NCBI GenBank assembly: GCA_964620905.1 | Contig: CAZUKA010000001.1 | Span: forward strand, 455,646 to 519,645 | Origin: an uncultured Gammaproteobacteria bacterium | Lineage (GTDB): Bacteria; Patescibacteriota; Patescibacteriia; S139-126 | Length of the DNA stretch: 64,000 nucleotides | Reading direction: 5' to 3' | In this document: positions 37,201-46,431 of the stretch, one piece after another | Numbering within the stretch: the stretch's first letter is position 1 | How the letters are laid out: every line of letters begins with the position of its first letter | Made by a program: the position numbers and the translations under genes | Notes under the pieces: model-generated | What the model saw: the letters and a program-made list of their open reading frames with translations, nothing else | Databases searched by the model: none | Told to the model about the DNA's origin: nothing

Positions 37201-39690
37201 TTATAATTTATAATTCTTCTCCATACTATATCTACTCACCAAGTAACCACCAGCAATAACTACGAGTAAACCATATATGGTGAAATCACGACTGGCTGCT
37301 GATCCCCCAGTTTCAGGTAATTCTTCATATCCTAAAACTTGCACTTCAGCTGGTTCTTCAACTTCTACTTCAAAACCCAAAACTTGCACTTCTGGCTCTG
37401 GAGTTGGCTCTTCCAATAATGTCTCAACTGGTTCTTGGGGCGTTGGTTCTTGGGGTGGAGTTGATTGAGTAGTTGCAATAGGTCCACCGCCACCACCTCT
37501 GACTGGATACTCACAACTACCATCATTTTTATTGGCCTCAGCATCATAGTTCAATGCCGTGGGATCAGTACAACCATAAACTGGATCAACATAGCGATTT
37601 AAAAAATACACTTCCTCAAAACAACCATCCAATGTAATTTGATGAATACCCGCACCTCCTGGTTGAACTTGCTGCCAATCTTCTGGTATTACTTCTGATA
37701 CAGTATAGTCACCGTAAGGTAAATCTGTAAATTCTACACAACCTGATTGGTCAGTCACTTTTGATTGACTGATTTCATTGCCATTGAGATTTATTGTCCA
37801 ATTGGACAACGGGATACCCGGCAATAAACTTAATGCTTGAGCAGTTTTTATTTTGATGTTATCCCAAAGTTTTGCTAAACCAGCCACCAAAAAATTATCA
37901 TTTTTTACCTGCTGATTGTCAGCCGGTACACAATCATAGATTAACCATGTTTCCCAACTATCATTATTTGGTTCACTAGTTAAATAACCATTTTCCGCGT
38001 CCGAATAATCACAGTGACTGTGCGTGTAGTCAAAATAAGGGGCAGCACATTTATAATTATCAGACGTACCAAAATCGCTTACTGCTGGCCTTTGCTCCCA
38101 CTCTTCAGGAGTTGCAAATCTCCAGCCAGGAATTTTTATTGGTTCAACAGTACTACAACTACCTGAACAAGGACTGGCCCAAGCCCAATAACGACCATTC
38201 TTTAGTATAGCCCAGTCAGGCATTTGACTATCAATCAAACATGATGACTCCTCATATTTACAGGCGCGAATTGTTCCGGTTGACTCCGGTACATCACACT
38301 GACCAACAACTTGCAAATGATCAAAGACAAGAGAATTTTCACCAACACAAGCATAGTTTGCCAGCATTACTTTTATTTTACTAAAATTAATATTTGTTCC
38401 TATCTTAGACAGATCAAGTGTCATATAACCACTAGCTGATGGCAATTCAGAATAATGATTAGGATCAGCTGCAGCATAACCTTGATAAATGCCACTAATC
38501 ACTCCATTGCCATAATAAACTTGATAACCAAGATTTGTTTCATTCTCATCAAGAATATATACCACTAAATAAGGAAAATTATACTCATCCATAGTTGAAC
38601 TAAAAGCCAAATAAGCTTCCAAGTCTGTATAATCAGTATTACCAATTATATTGTATATTTTTTCAATATACTGACTGGGACACAATGAATAAGTATTTCC
38701 AACTACGCTGGTCTGTATCGCAGTACTCCCATCATAAGGTGAAGTAATTTCACCATAAGAAAATATAGGATTACCACCAGAATTTGTTACTGACCAAGTT
38801 GATAAACTACCCGGTAAAACTTCATCTATTATCCCACTGCCTGAACAAATTTGATAATTGCCAAAATCCATTTTTCTAACATTCGATCCAGGTTGCAGAG
38901 GGCTTATAGTGTAATAAGTTTGCCCATTAGGCATTGTGGCCTGCCAACCATTGCGAGTTTCTTCCTCTACTTTATAATTTACGTTAGCTGGAACATCATC
39001 AAATCGGTACATTCCTTCGTTATCAGTTTGTACAGAGGTAACCAATACCCAAGCTTCATCTTGTTGACGATATAGAAAAATTGTCCAACCAGCAATACCT
39101 GGGTCATCTGTATCACCCTCGTTTGGTCCCAGTCCATCTCTGTCTAAGTCATTGAACTTCATACCGGAAATAGAACCAGTTGGCACTTGATAATTATAAA
39201 AAGTAACAACGGCTCCATTGGTATCTAAAATATCTACTGCTAATTCAGTAGGGGTTATCTGTCCATATTGTTGATTTGAAACCACTTGCCAACCACTTGG
39301 AGTCCAATTGGTTTTTGTTTCTTCTGTCACTTGATAAACACCAAACTCTAAACCGCTTAACACTACACAACCAGTTTGCCCATCAGTAGTCACTTGTTGA
39401 TTAAATCCAATACTATTATTAATTACCGTCATATTCCAACCCAATAAATAAGGTTGGTCATCACTAGTTGGACCATCACCGGTTAAATCTTGATATTTAC
39501 AAATAGTTAGGTCTCCTGTCAGAGCTACTTCTGCTTGTGAGTTATTGACCAAAAACAATTGTCCATAACCCAAAGAAAATACTAAGGCAATGAGAACAAA
39601 TATCCGGGTACTTGTATGCCATTGCCGCATTCGTTTTTTTACAAAAGTTGAAAACGAACGGGAAAAACGGGAATAATTACTTCCCTGCAT
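37201..39690 (-). CDS. LPETG sortase substrate, 829 aa, with SdrD-B/CnaB-like domains
   Basis: Signal peptide; repeated K(Y/F)xD..GW...TD..G..F..L..G.Y.V.E domains; GCTDPTALNYD repeat; LPETG + TM. Confidence 0.85.
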   Translation of the reverse strand: MQGSNYSRFSRSFSTFVKKRMRQWHTSTRIFVLIALVFSLGYGQLFLVNNSQAEVALTGDLTICKYQDLTGDGPTSDDQPYLLGWNMTVINNSIGFNQQVTTDGQTGCVVLSGLEFGVYQVTEETKTNWTPSGWQVVSNQQYGQITPTELAVDILDTNGAVVTFYNYQVPTGSISGMKFNDLDRDGLGPNEGDTDDPGIAGWTIFLYRQQDEAWVLVTSVQTDNEGMYRFDDVPANVNYKVEEETRNGWQATMPNGQTYYTISPLQPGSNVRKMDFGNYQICSGSGIIDEVLPGSLSTWSVTNSGGNPIFSYGEITSPYDGSTAIQTSVVGNTYSLCPSQYIEKIYNIIGNTDYTDLEAYLAFSSTMDEYNFPYLVVYILDENETNLGYQVYYGNGVISGIYQGYAAADPNHYSELPSASGYMTLDLSKIGTNINFSKIKVMLANYACVGENSLVFDHLQVVGQCDVPESTGTIRACKYEESSCLIDSQMPDWAILKNGRYWAWASPCSGSCSTVEPIKIPGWRFATPEEWEQRPAVSDFGTSDNYKCAAPYFDYTHSHCDYSDAENGYLTSEPNNDSWETWLIYDCVPADNQQVKNDNFLVAGLAKLWDNIKIKTAQALSLLPGIPLSNWTINLNGNEISQSKVTDQSGCVEFTDLPYGDYTVSEVIPEDWQQVQPGGAGIHQITLDGCFEEVYFLNRYVDPVYGCTDPTALNYDAEANKNDGSCEYPVRGGGGGPIATTQSTPPQEPTPQEPVETLLEEPTPEPEVQVLGFEVEVEEPAEVQVLGYEELPETGGSAASRDFTIYGLLVVIAGGYLVSRYSMEKNYKL

Positions 39691-39835
39691 AATTTTTATT
39701 GTTAATGATTTTTTACTCTCCTCCTATATATATAAAATAGTTAATACCCGGATTTATTTACTTATATAATAATTTTATATCATTTTTGTCAAATAAGCGA
39801 GACTAAAAAAGTGTGTATAATTAAACCTTTCAACC

Positions 39836-39871
39836 AAAAAACTCCCTGGCCAAATCGGCCAAGGAGTTTTT
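39836..39871 (-). terminator. Intrinsic terminator
   Basis: AAAAACTCC-CTGGCC-AAATC-GGCCAA-GGAGTTTTT. Confidence 0.75.
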
Positions 39872-39903
39872 CTATCTAAAAGCTAAAAGCTAATCGCTAA
39901 AAG

Positions 39904-42900
39904 CTATATATTGTATCTTCGTACTAAGTAAGTTCCAGCCATAAGTAGTAAAGCTCCAAACCAAGTATAATTGCTAGCTGCCACTGGTCCCCCAGTTTCA
40001 GGTAGTTCTTCATATCCTAAAACTTGCACTTCTGGTTCTTCTGCTGGGGCTTCAGTTTCAAAGCCAAGTACTTGCACTTCTGGCTCTGGGGTTGGCTCTT
40101 GTGGAGGTGTGTCACCGGTTGGTGTTGATTGGGTAGTTGAAATCGGTCCACCGCCACCGCCGCCATAGGTACAACTTTGATCATCATAAGTAGCGTTAGG
40201 GTTGTAATTATTGGCTGATGGATCCATACAACCGGGAATTTCTTCTGAACTATATTGATTACCAAAATTATACTCTGGTGCGGGATCAATATAATTAGCA
40301 ATGACAGCAAATTTTAATGGATTCAAATCAGGTAAAGTTACAGTGTGACAACTAGGGTTTGGATAAGTTTGTATCCAACCACTTTGCTGTACTTCACAAA
40401 TCTTATAATCACCATAAGGTAAATCTTCAAACCAATACCAACCATAATGATCTTGGCTATCTGAAGTATCCTTATAAGTTTCTTCATTGTCCAATATACC
40501 GTTGTCATTGGCATCAATAAATATTCTCCAACCTGACATTAAATCTTCATCGCCACGCTGACCATCACCATCAACATCATTCCATTTATACCCATGAATA
40601 TCACCCGTCGGATCTGGTGGGGTTTCAACTGGCACATTCATCGCCACACAGTAATAGGTATTTCCTTCAGAAACATTTATAAACTCAGAGTTATCATAAT
40701 TTAAGACGTCAGTATCACACCAAAATTCTGCACTAACATCACTACCTGGAGCTGTTGGATATTCAGTTGATGGATAAGAAAATGGGATATAACCTGTTTG
40801 TAATACTTCCCTAAACCACAATTTACCAGGTAATCCAGTCAAATTAATATCTACTTGTGCCGGCTGTTCAGCTGGACCAGTGGCACTGTCAAACATATAC
40901 CAGCCATTCTCGTTGGTTGGACCTACTACATTTCCATCTAGTTTAGGATCAATTTGATGATCACCCCATTGGAACTCCCAACCTTCTTCAAAACGACAAG
41001 CGCCTTGAGAATTATTTACAAAATCTTGTGCAGTACTTGCATTGACTGTTATATCATTTGACCAGTTGGGTAAATCTGTTTCACTGTCACACACAATCTT
41101 ATGAGCAATCACCGTGGCTTTTGGATATGGACATTCAACTAACTCAAGTCTCACATCATCTATAAACATACCAAATGAGTTTGGAGTTCCCATATCAGTA
41201 AAGGTAAGACTTTTCATTGTGCTGTTGTCGTTAACCATTGGATAAGAATAATTATACCAAGTAGTGTCTGTTTCTCCGGTACCATCAAGACTATTTGTTT
41301 GATCAATACTGCCAAACTGTGCTCTGACAATATTTTCGTCTAAGCCATATCCTGGACGTGCAGCCAGTTTGAAAGACAACTGATAGGTTGCATACGGTAT
41401 AACATCTATATTTTGGTATATTACTACTGAAGCTTGTTCATTATTTATTGATCCACCAGGTCCATCCCAATCCGAATCAAGTTCAGAATATTGATTACCT
41501 TCAGCTGGAGTGTATAGTCCACTATTATGCAACTCCAGATTGGCTGTGGCTGGTGCACCGTCATAAGAACCAACCCAACCAACTGTCCAACCTAAATCAG
41601 AGGTACCAGACGGATATATGTTCCAATTTTCAGAAGTATCCACAACTGGAGTTTCAAAATCACCATTAACAACAGTTACCATTCCTGGCACACAAGAACT
41701 TGGAATTTCTTCCAATATACAATTTGGTGTGCACATCCAACCTTCTCTTACTTCATCATTACCATCACATTCTTCACTATCTTGATTGACTATACCATCA
41801 CCACAATAAGGAGCTATACGATTATTAAAAGTACAAGTAATAATATCATTGGCACTAACATCGATTCCAGTGACTGCATTGTCATTCCAAGTGCCTTCTA
41901 CTTCTTGACTTTGGTTATAACAAACAGCATTAGCTACTTCATAACCATTCTCTACTGTTTCAGTCACACTATAGGTACCAGGATTTACTTCTTTGGCTGA
42001 GGTCTGACCATTTTGACCAGTAACTAAACTCTCACCAGCTACATCAAAAGTCCATCCCGCAGTTGGGGTATCATCAATAAGTTTTGTTACAGTAATAGTG
42101 CCGCCGCAAAGATCACTGGCTAGTTGTGCTAGAGTTGTGGCTAAAGCATCAAAACTAGCAGCGCCATAATAAGCATCTGCACTGGAAATTTTTTCCATAT
42201 TTGCCTGACCACCCGCATCAATACCAATTCCAAGGGTAATAATCCTAGTACCAGCTGTTTTTATTGTATTGGCAACTGTAATAGCATCTTCCAAATGACT
42301 CAAAGGACCATCACTTTCTGTTGGTTCTCCATCAGAGGCAAATATAATCAAATTTGGATTTGGTCTGGGATCAAAAGTGCTCCAAGCTTTAGCTAAACCA
42401 TCTTCCCAATTGGTATAACCGCTACCACTAGAAGGTAAACCACCAATAGCTGTAGCTGCTTGAGCTGGGGTTAGAGAAAAATTATTCAATACTGTGGCTG
42501 AAGATGAAAATCTAGTTAAACTAAATTCTGTGGGTGTACCAGAAAAAGCAGTTGCAAATGCTGACAAAGCATTTTTCATTTGTGTCATTTCTGTACTGTT
42601 TATACTACCTGAAGTATCAGCTACCAAAGCAATATCCAAACCGCATGTAGCGCCAAGAGTTGGATTGGTTACTGGTTGAACTGGTAGTGTATAATGAACA
42701 GTTATTGTAATATGATCAACACTGGCTGTATCATTCCCACCACCAGTCCGACCAACAGATAAGACAACACCAAAATCATTATCATTTATATCAGAAACTG
42801 TCCAACTAGTTCCCCAAAGATCACTTGTACCACTACCATAAGTAGCTACAGCATCACTATTCGGCCAATTGGAATTGGTTGCTTTATTGTCTCCAACAAC

Positions 42901-43320
42901 ATTATTATTTTTTACTAACTTAACAATGTTATCTCTAATTTCACCACCATTGTCAGTCTGACTTCTCTCAATGCCAACTTGTATCCCATTAATAATTGCC
43001 CCACTAGGCACTGAAAAACCAAAACCAGTCGCCCTTAAATACTCTGATACATTACTTGAACTTGTAATTGTAACAGTAGCATCAGAATTATTAGAGCTAA
43101 TTGCTCGTCCAGGATTTGACCATGCATGGTCTGCTCCAGAAAAATCAATACTACTAAAACTTGATCCGCTTTGTGGACCAGTTGTTGCAGCAATTGCTTT
43201 CTGAGGAACAGAAAACTGTCCCAGAGATAAAACCATTGTAGCAAGGACCGCGATATACAGTCCGCGTTGCCAAGTCAGGCGTTTATATGCCTGTTTGGTG
43301 TGCTTTAAAACTTTTGACAT
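39904..43320 (-). CDS. LPETG adhesin, 1138 aa: beta domain, vWA (MIDAS), CnaB-like, CGDG Cys repeat, DUF642-like and SdrD-B-like domains
   Basis: DIALVADTSGS..TNW..IFASDGEP (vWA MIDAS); CGDGIVNQ..EECDG; NGDFETP..ELDSD; GYKWNDVDGDG; GCMDPSANNYNP; LPETG + TM + RR. Confidence 0.88.
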   Translation of the reverse strand: MSKVLKHTKQAYKRLTWQRGLYIAVLATMVLSLGQFSVPQKAIAATTGPQSGSSFSSIDFSGADHAWSNPGRAISSNNSDATVTITSSSNVSEYLRATGFGFSVPSGAIINGIQVGIERSQTDNGGEIRDNIVKLVKNNNVVGDNKATNSNWPNSDAVATYGSGTSDLWGTSWTVSDINDNDFGVVLSVGRTGGGNDTASVDHITITVHYTLPVQPVTNPTLGATCGLDIALVADTSGSINSTEMTQMKNALSAFATAFSGTPTEFSLTRFSSSATVLNNFSLTPAQAATAIGGLPSSGSGYTNWEDGLAKAWSTFDPRPNPNLIIFASDGEPTESDGPLSHLEDAITVANTIKTAGTRIITLGIGIDAGGQANMEKISSADAYYGAASFDALATTLAQLASDLCGGTITVTKLIDDTPTAGWTFDVAGESLVTGQNGQTSAKEVNPGTYSVTETVENGYEVANAVCYNQSQEVEGTWNDNAVTGIDVSANDIITCTFNNRIAPYCGDGIVNQDSEECDGNDEVREGWMCTPNCILEEIPSSCVPGMVTVVNGDFETPVVDTSENWNIYPSGTSDLGWTVGWVGSYDGAPATANLELHNSGLYTPAEGNQYSELDSDWDGPGGSINNEQASVVIYQNIDVIPYATYQLSFKLAARPGYGLDENIVRAQFGSIDQTNSLDGTGETDTTWYNYSYPMVNDNSTMKSLTFTDMGTPNSFGMFIDDVRLELVECPYPKATVIAHKIVCDSETDLPNWSNDITVNASTAQDFVNNSQGACRFEEGWEFQWGDHQIDPKLDGNVVGPTNENGWYMFDSATGPAEQPAQVDINLTGLPGKLWFREVLQTGYIPFSYPSTEYPTAPGSDVSAEFWCDTDVLNYDNSEFINVSEGNTYYCVAMNVPVETPPDPTGDIHGYKWNDVDGDGQRGDEDLMSGWRIFIDANDNGILDNEETYKDTSDSQDHYGWYWFEDLPYGDYKICEVQQSGWIQTYPNPSCHTVTLPDLNPLKFAVIANYIDPAPEYNFGNQYSSEEIPGCMDPSANNYNPNATYDDQSCTYGGGGGGPISTTQSTPTGDTPPQEPTPEPEVQVLGFETEAPAEEPEVQVLGYEELPETGGPVAASNYTWFGALLLMAGTYLVRRYNI

Positions 43321-43774
43321 AAATTGTTTATTTATTTATTAATTTTTCTCCTCTTTTTCCCTCCTCAAATATATTTAAATTTTATTTATTCAAGATAAAC
43401 TGGATTTTGTATTTTGCATTGTAATTTCACCATTTTACTATAAATTTGTCAATTTTTTTAAAGGTATTTATATCAACCATTTATCCACAATAGAATATAT
43501 TAAATTATACCTTTCTTAAATATATGTCAATACCAAAAAACATGCGTTTTTATTTATTTCAATTTATGTTAAAATTGATCGTTTCACCAAGGAAAAGTAA
43601 AAATTCAGTATGACATTAATTCTATTTTTAAATATTTTTTACCTTATAATTGTTCTTACATTATAATTCATAATTCCTAATTCTATTTTTCTTGACTTTT
43701 TAATAAAAAATAAATATAATTCCAAAATTGCCCTTTAAACAATTTATTTATTCATCAATTCATAGGAGAAAAAT

Positions 43775-44176
43775 ATGAGAGAAGAAACGGCGGTAGCAAA
43801 CGTTTTGCCTATCAACCCCATCACTTTACCAAAAAAAGCTATTTGCTATGACAGTGACGGCGATACGGCTGTATCACCCTATACCATCACTTTGGTAAGT
43901 GAAATAAAAATAGAAAATTTTTCTGCAAAAAACAATTCTTTGCCTTGCGCCTGTAATCAGGCAAGGCCACCCAAAGATTTACCTATAGGTAAAACCTACA
44001 CCCTGGGCTTTGGTGATCCGCTTATTTTATACAACCTTACTTTGGTTGATAAAAATAAAATTCCTACCCACCTAGATAAATTTGCTGACAAAGCAGACAG
44101 AGAAATTTGGTTATTTAAAACTATGCCCGGCAATTTAGTCGCCATTGATTATGAAGAAATTTTTTTGTGTGAATAA
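43775..44176 (+). CDS. Hypothetical protein (133 aa)
   Basis: Promoter TTGACT(43692)-17-TATAAT(43715), AGGAG SD. Confidence 0.7.
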   Translation: MREETAVANVLPINPITLPKKAICYDSDGDTAVSPYTITLVSEIKIENFSAKNNSLPCACNQARPPKDLPIGKTYTLGFGDPLILYNLTLVDKNKIPTHLDKFADKADREIWLFKTMPGNLVAIDYEEIFLCE

Positions 44177-44185
44177 GGAGGTTAC

Positions 44186-44386
44186 ATGATACCCGAAGTT
44201 AGTTTTGAAAAAAACGAAGATATTGTCCCAGACAATGCCATTTACAATACTAAACCCTGTCCTACTTGCAGTGGCACCGGCAAGGTACCTGAAACCGGAA
44301 TAAATAATCCGGAAAACAAAAATAAGGTAAAACCTTACCAAAAAACCTGTCCGACTTGTCGCGGAGCAAAAAGAGTAAAAAAATAA
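44186..44386 (+). CDS. Small protein with a DnaJ-type Zn-finger pair
   Basis: CPTCSGTG..CPTCRGAK; AAGGAGG SD; hairpin AGCTGGC/GCCAGCT + T-run at ~44401-44426. Confidence 0.75.
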   Translation: MIPEVSFEKNEDIVPDNAIYNTKPCPTCSGTGKVPETGINNPENKNKVKPYQKTCPTCRGAKRVKK

Positions 44387-44458
44387 TCTAAAAACCAATC
44401 AGCTGGCCCTAAAAAGCCAGCTTTTTAAAATCATAAAAAGTTATCCCCAATCCACCCC

Positions 44459-44590
44459 TTGACCTAATTTTTTATCTGCGCTATAGTGTTAATAACAACA
44501 TCGCACATTCTAAAACTAAAACCTCAAACAACCAAAAAAACAAACAAATTTCTCTTATAACCGATTGCTCTGCAATCGGTTTTCTCTTTT
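44459..44590 (+). ncRNA. Candidate short non-coding transcript (promoter to terminator, no ATG)
   Basis: TTGACC-17-TATAGT, ~65 nt A/C-rich tract, AACCGATTGC-TCT-GCAATCGGTT + T-rich tail. Confidence 0.4.
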
Positions 44591-44622
44591 ATATAAAAAT
44601 CCCGCAAATATTACGGGATTTA

Positions 44623-44982
44623 TTAATTCCAGGGAACTCCACTAAAAAAAGCTATTAGCCAAACAAACCAAGCATATTTTGAACCTTGATGAAAATAATG
44701 TATATAACGTCTGTTTTCTTTTCCTTGCCAAAAAGCAAATATAGCCCAAAAAAGATGCAAACACATAATCAACAAAGCCAGATAGCCGGCTAAGCTATGA
44801 AAAGTAATTGTTGGGGAAGTGGCTATTAGGTACATCTGTGTTGTACCTAGTAAATCAAAAGTAAAAGCGCCAATAAATACACCCAACATCCATTTTTTTA
44901 AATGACCACAGATTTGTTCTGACCAAATAGCCAAAGAATAAAATATTAACGCCCCAGAGATGGTTAGTATAGCCAACAACAT
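44623..44982 (-). CDS. HsmA-like small His-containing membrane protein
   Basis: ALIFYSLAIWSE..LKKW..FDLLGT..FHSLAG.LALLIMCLH..FH..WFVWLI; four TMs; AAGGAGG SD. Confidence 0.7.
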   Translation of the reverse strand: MLLAILTISGALIFYSLAIWSEQICGHLKKWMLGVFIGAFTFDLLGTTQMYLIATSPTITFHSLAGYLALLIMCLHLFWAIFAFWQGKENRRYIHYFHQGSKYAWFVWLIAFFSGVPWN

Positions 44983-45135
44983 CTTTACCTCCTTAAAATA
45001 TTAATTTGCAGATTAAATTAACTTAAATAAAAAACAAAAAACTGTCAAATATTGACAGCCCGTTTTGTTTAGTTATAATTAAATTACGCCAACTTTAAAG
45101 TTGGAATAATTCAATCAATCCCCAAGGAGGGTTTT

Positions 45136-45195
45136 ATGAAACATTTAATCGCACGTATACGCGGTTCAACATCCAAATCAAATAAGCAGATGTGA
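45136..45195 (+). CDS. Candidate 19-aa microprotein MKHLIARIRGSTSKSNKQM
   Basis: TTGACA(45052)-16-TATAAT, AAGGAGG SD 5 nt before ATG, downstream GGCCAATCA/TGATTGGCC + T6 terminator. Confidence 0.45.
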   Translation: MKHLIARIRGSTSKSNKQM

Positions 45196-45454
45196 AGAAC
45201 CAGCAAGTAAAGAGGATCTGGCCAATCAACCAAACAAAAATCCACAAGGTCTGATTGGCCTTTTTTATTTATCCAATTTAAATTTATTTTGCAAGGATTA
45301 TATAAATAGTTATCAGTAAAGTTATCGTTCCTAAATTAGCCAGAGTAAGAATAGTTTTATTTATCATCCAATCTAAAATCACCGTCAAAAATTGCCAAAG
45401 ACCATGAAATAGCACTTTAATAATTAATAGTGGGTGTTAAATTAAATTTTATTA

Positions 45455-46426
45455 TTATCTTTTCAAAATTAATTTATCAAATTTTTTTTGATCTGCTAAT
45501 AATTTCTTCTGGGCTGGTAATAAATATTTTAATTCCCATTTTATCAAACTCTGTGGCAATTTACCTGAATTATAACCAAAAGCCGAACCATACATATCTT
45601 CATAAATATGACTGGCAAAAAGAAAATTTAAAGACGGCCATAAATATTTTTTTTCTTTTGAAGTTAATTTTCTATTTTTTTCATAACCGCGTAATAATTT
45701 ATCGGTCAAATTATAATTGACAAAACCTTCTCTAGCACAATTCCAGATAATTGTATTGGCAATATCCAAAACCAATGGTCCATAATAAAAATTGTCAAAA
45801 TCTATAACTCCTGACAACTTGCCTTTTTGATAAAAAATATTTCCTGGTCTAACATCAACATGTATCGCCCCAAGTGGCAAAATTTTTGGTAAACGGAATT
45901 TTTTTATTAATAAAATGATATATTTTATATCTTTGGTGTGATGATTAAATTTTTTGATAATCTGGGCACAGGTCTTTTCAATCATATTTTCTGAACATTC
46001 GTAAAATCGGTAACGTCCGACTGATGATTTTATAAATCTTGCTTGAGAGTGATATTGGCCGAGAAACTTGCCAATCTGGTTTACATGTTGAGCTGTTATA
46101 TTTTTTATTACCCTACCTGGTAAATATTTATAAATAATAGTAGGTTGATTTTTAAATTTAAATAAATATTGACCTTTGTTATTTGCTAATAATCTAGGTG
46201 TGGGTAAATTTTTTAAATTGTTTAATAATTCAATCTCACCTTGGACTTGAGACCAAGTATTACGATAAGCCAAACGCAAAATAAAACTACCACCGGTGGT
46301 GACAATTTTATATGAAAGGTTGGCCATGCCTTCCTTTTCTTGTTTAAAAAAAATTAATTCTCCCAAATCGTCAAAATCAGATAACAATTTTTTTATATCT
46401 GCTTTTCCAACTTCTACAAATTTCAT
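45455..46426 (-). CDS. APH-fold phosphotransferase, homoserine kinase type II-like
   Basis: EGMANLSY, IHVDVRPGNI, VIDFD, DIAN motifs. Confidence 0.8.
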   Translation of the reverse strand: MKFVEVGKADIKKLLSDFDDLGELIFFKQEKEGMANLSYKIVTTGGSFILRLAYRNTWSQVQGEIELLNNLKNLPTPRLLANNKGQYLFKFKNQPTIIYKYLPGRVIKNITAQHVNQIGKFLGQYHSQARFIKSSVGRYRFYECSENMIEKTCAQIIKKFNHHTKDIKYIILLIKKFRLPKILPLGAIHVDVRPGNIFYQKGKLSGVIDFDNFYYGPLVLDIANTIIWNCAREGFVNYNLTDKLLRGYEKNRKLTSKEKKYLWPSLNFLFASHIYEDMYGSAFGYNSGKLPQSLIKWELKYLLPAQKKLLADQKKFDKLILKR

Positions 46427-46431
46427 ATATT

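Noticed and set aside
45136-45210. UGA readthrough (genetic code 25) extending small ORFs
   Set aside because: Conserved genes such as dprA, topA, parB and sipW end at TGA and long genes have no internal TGA, so code 11 applies.
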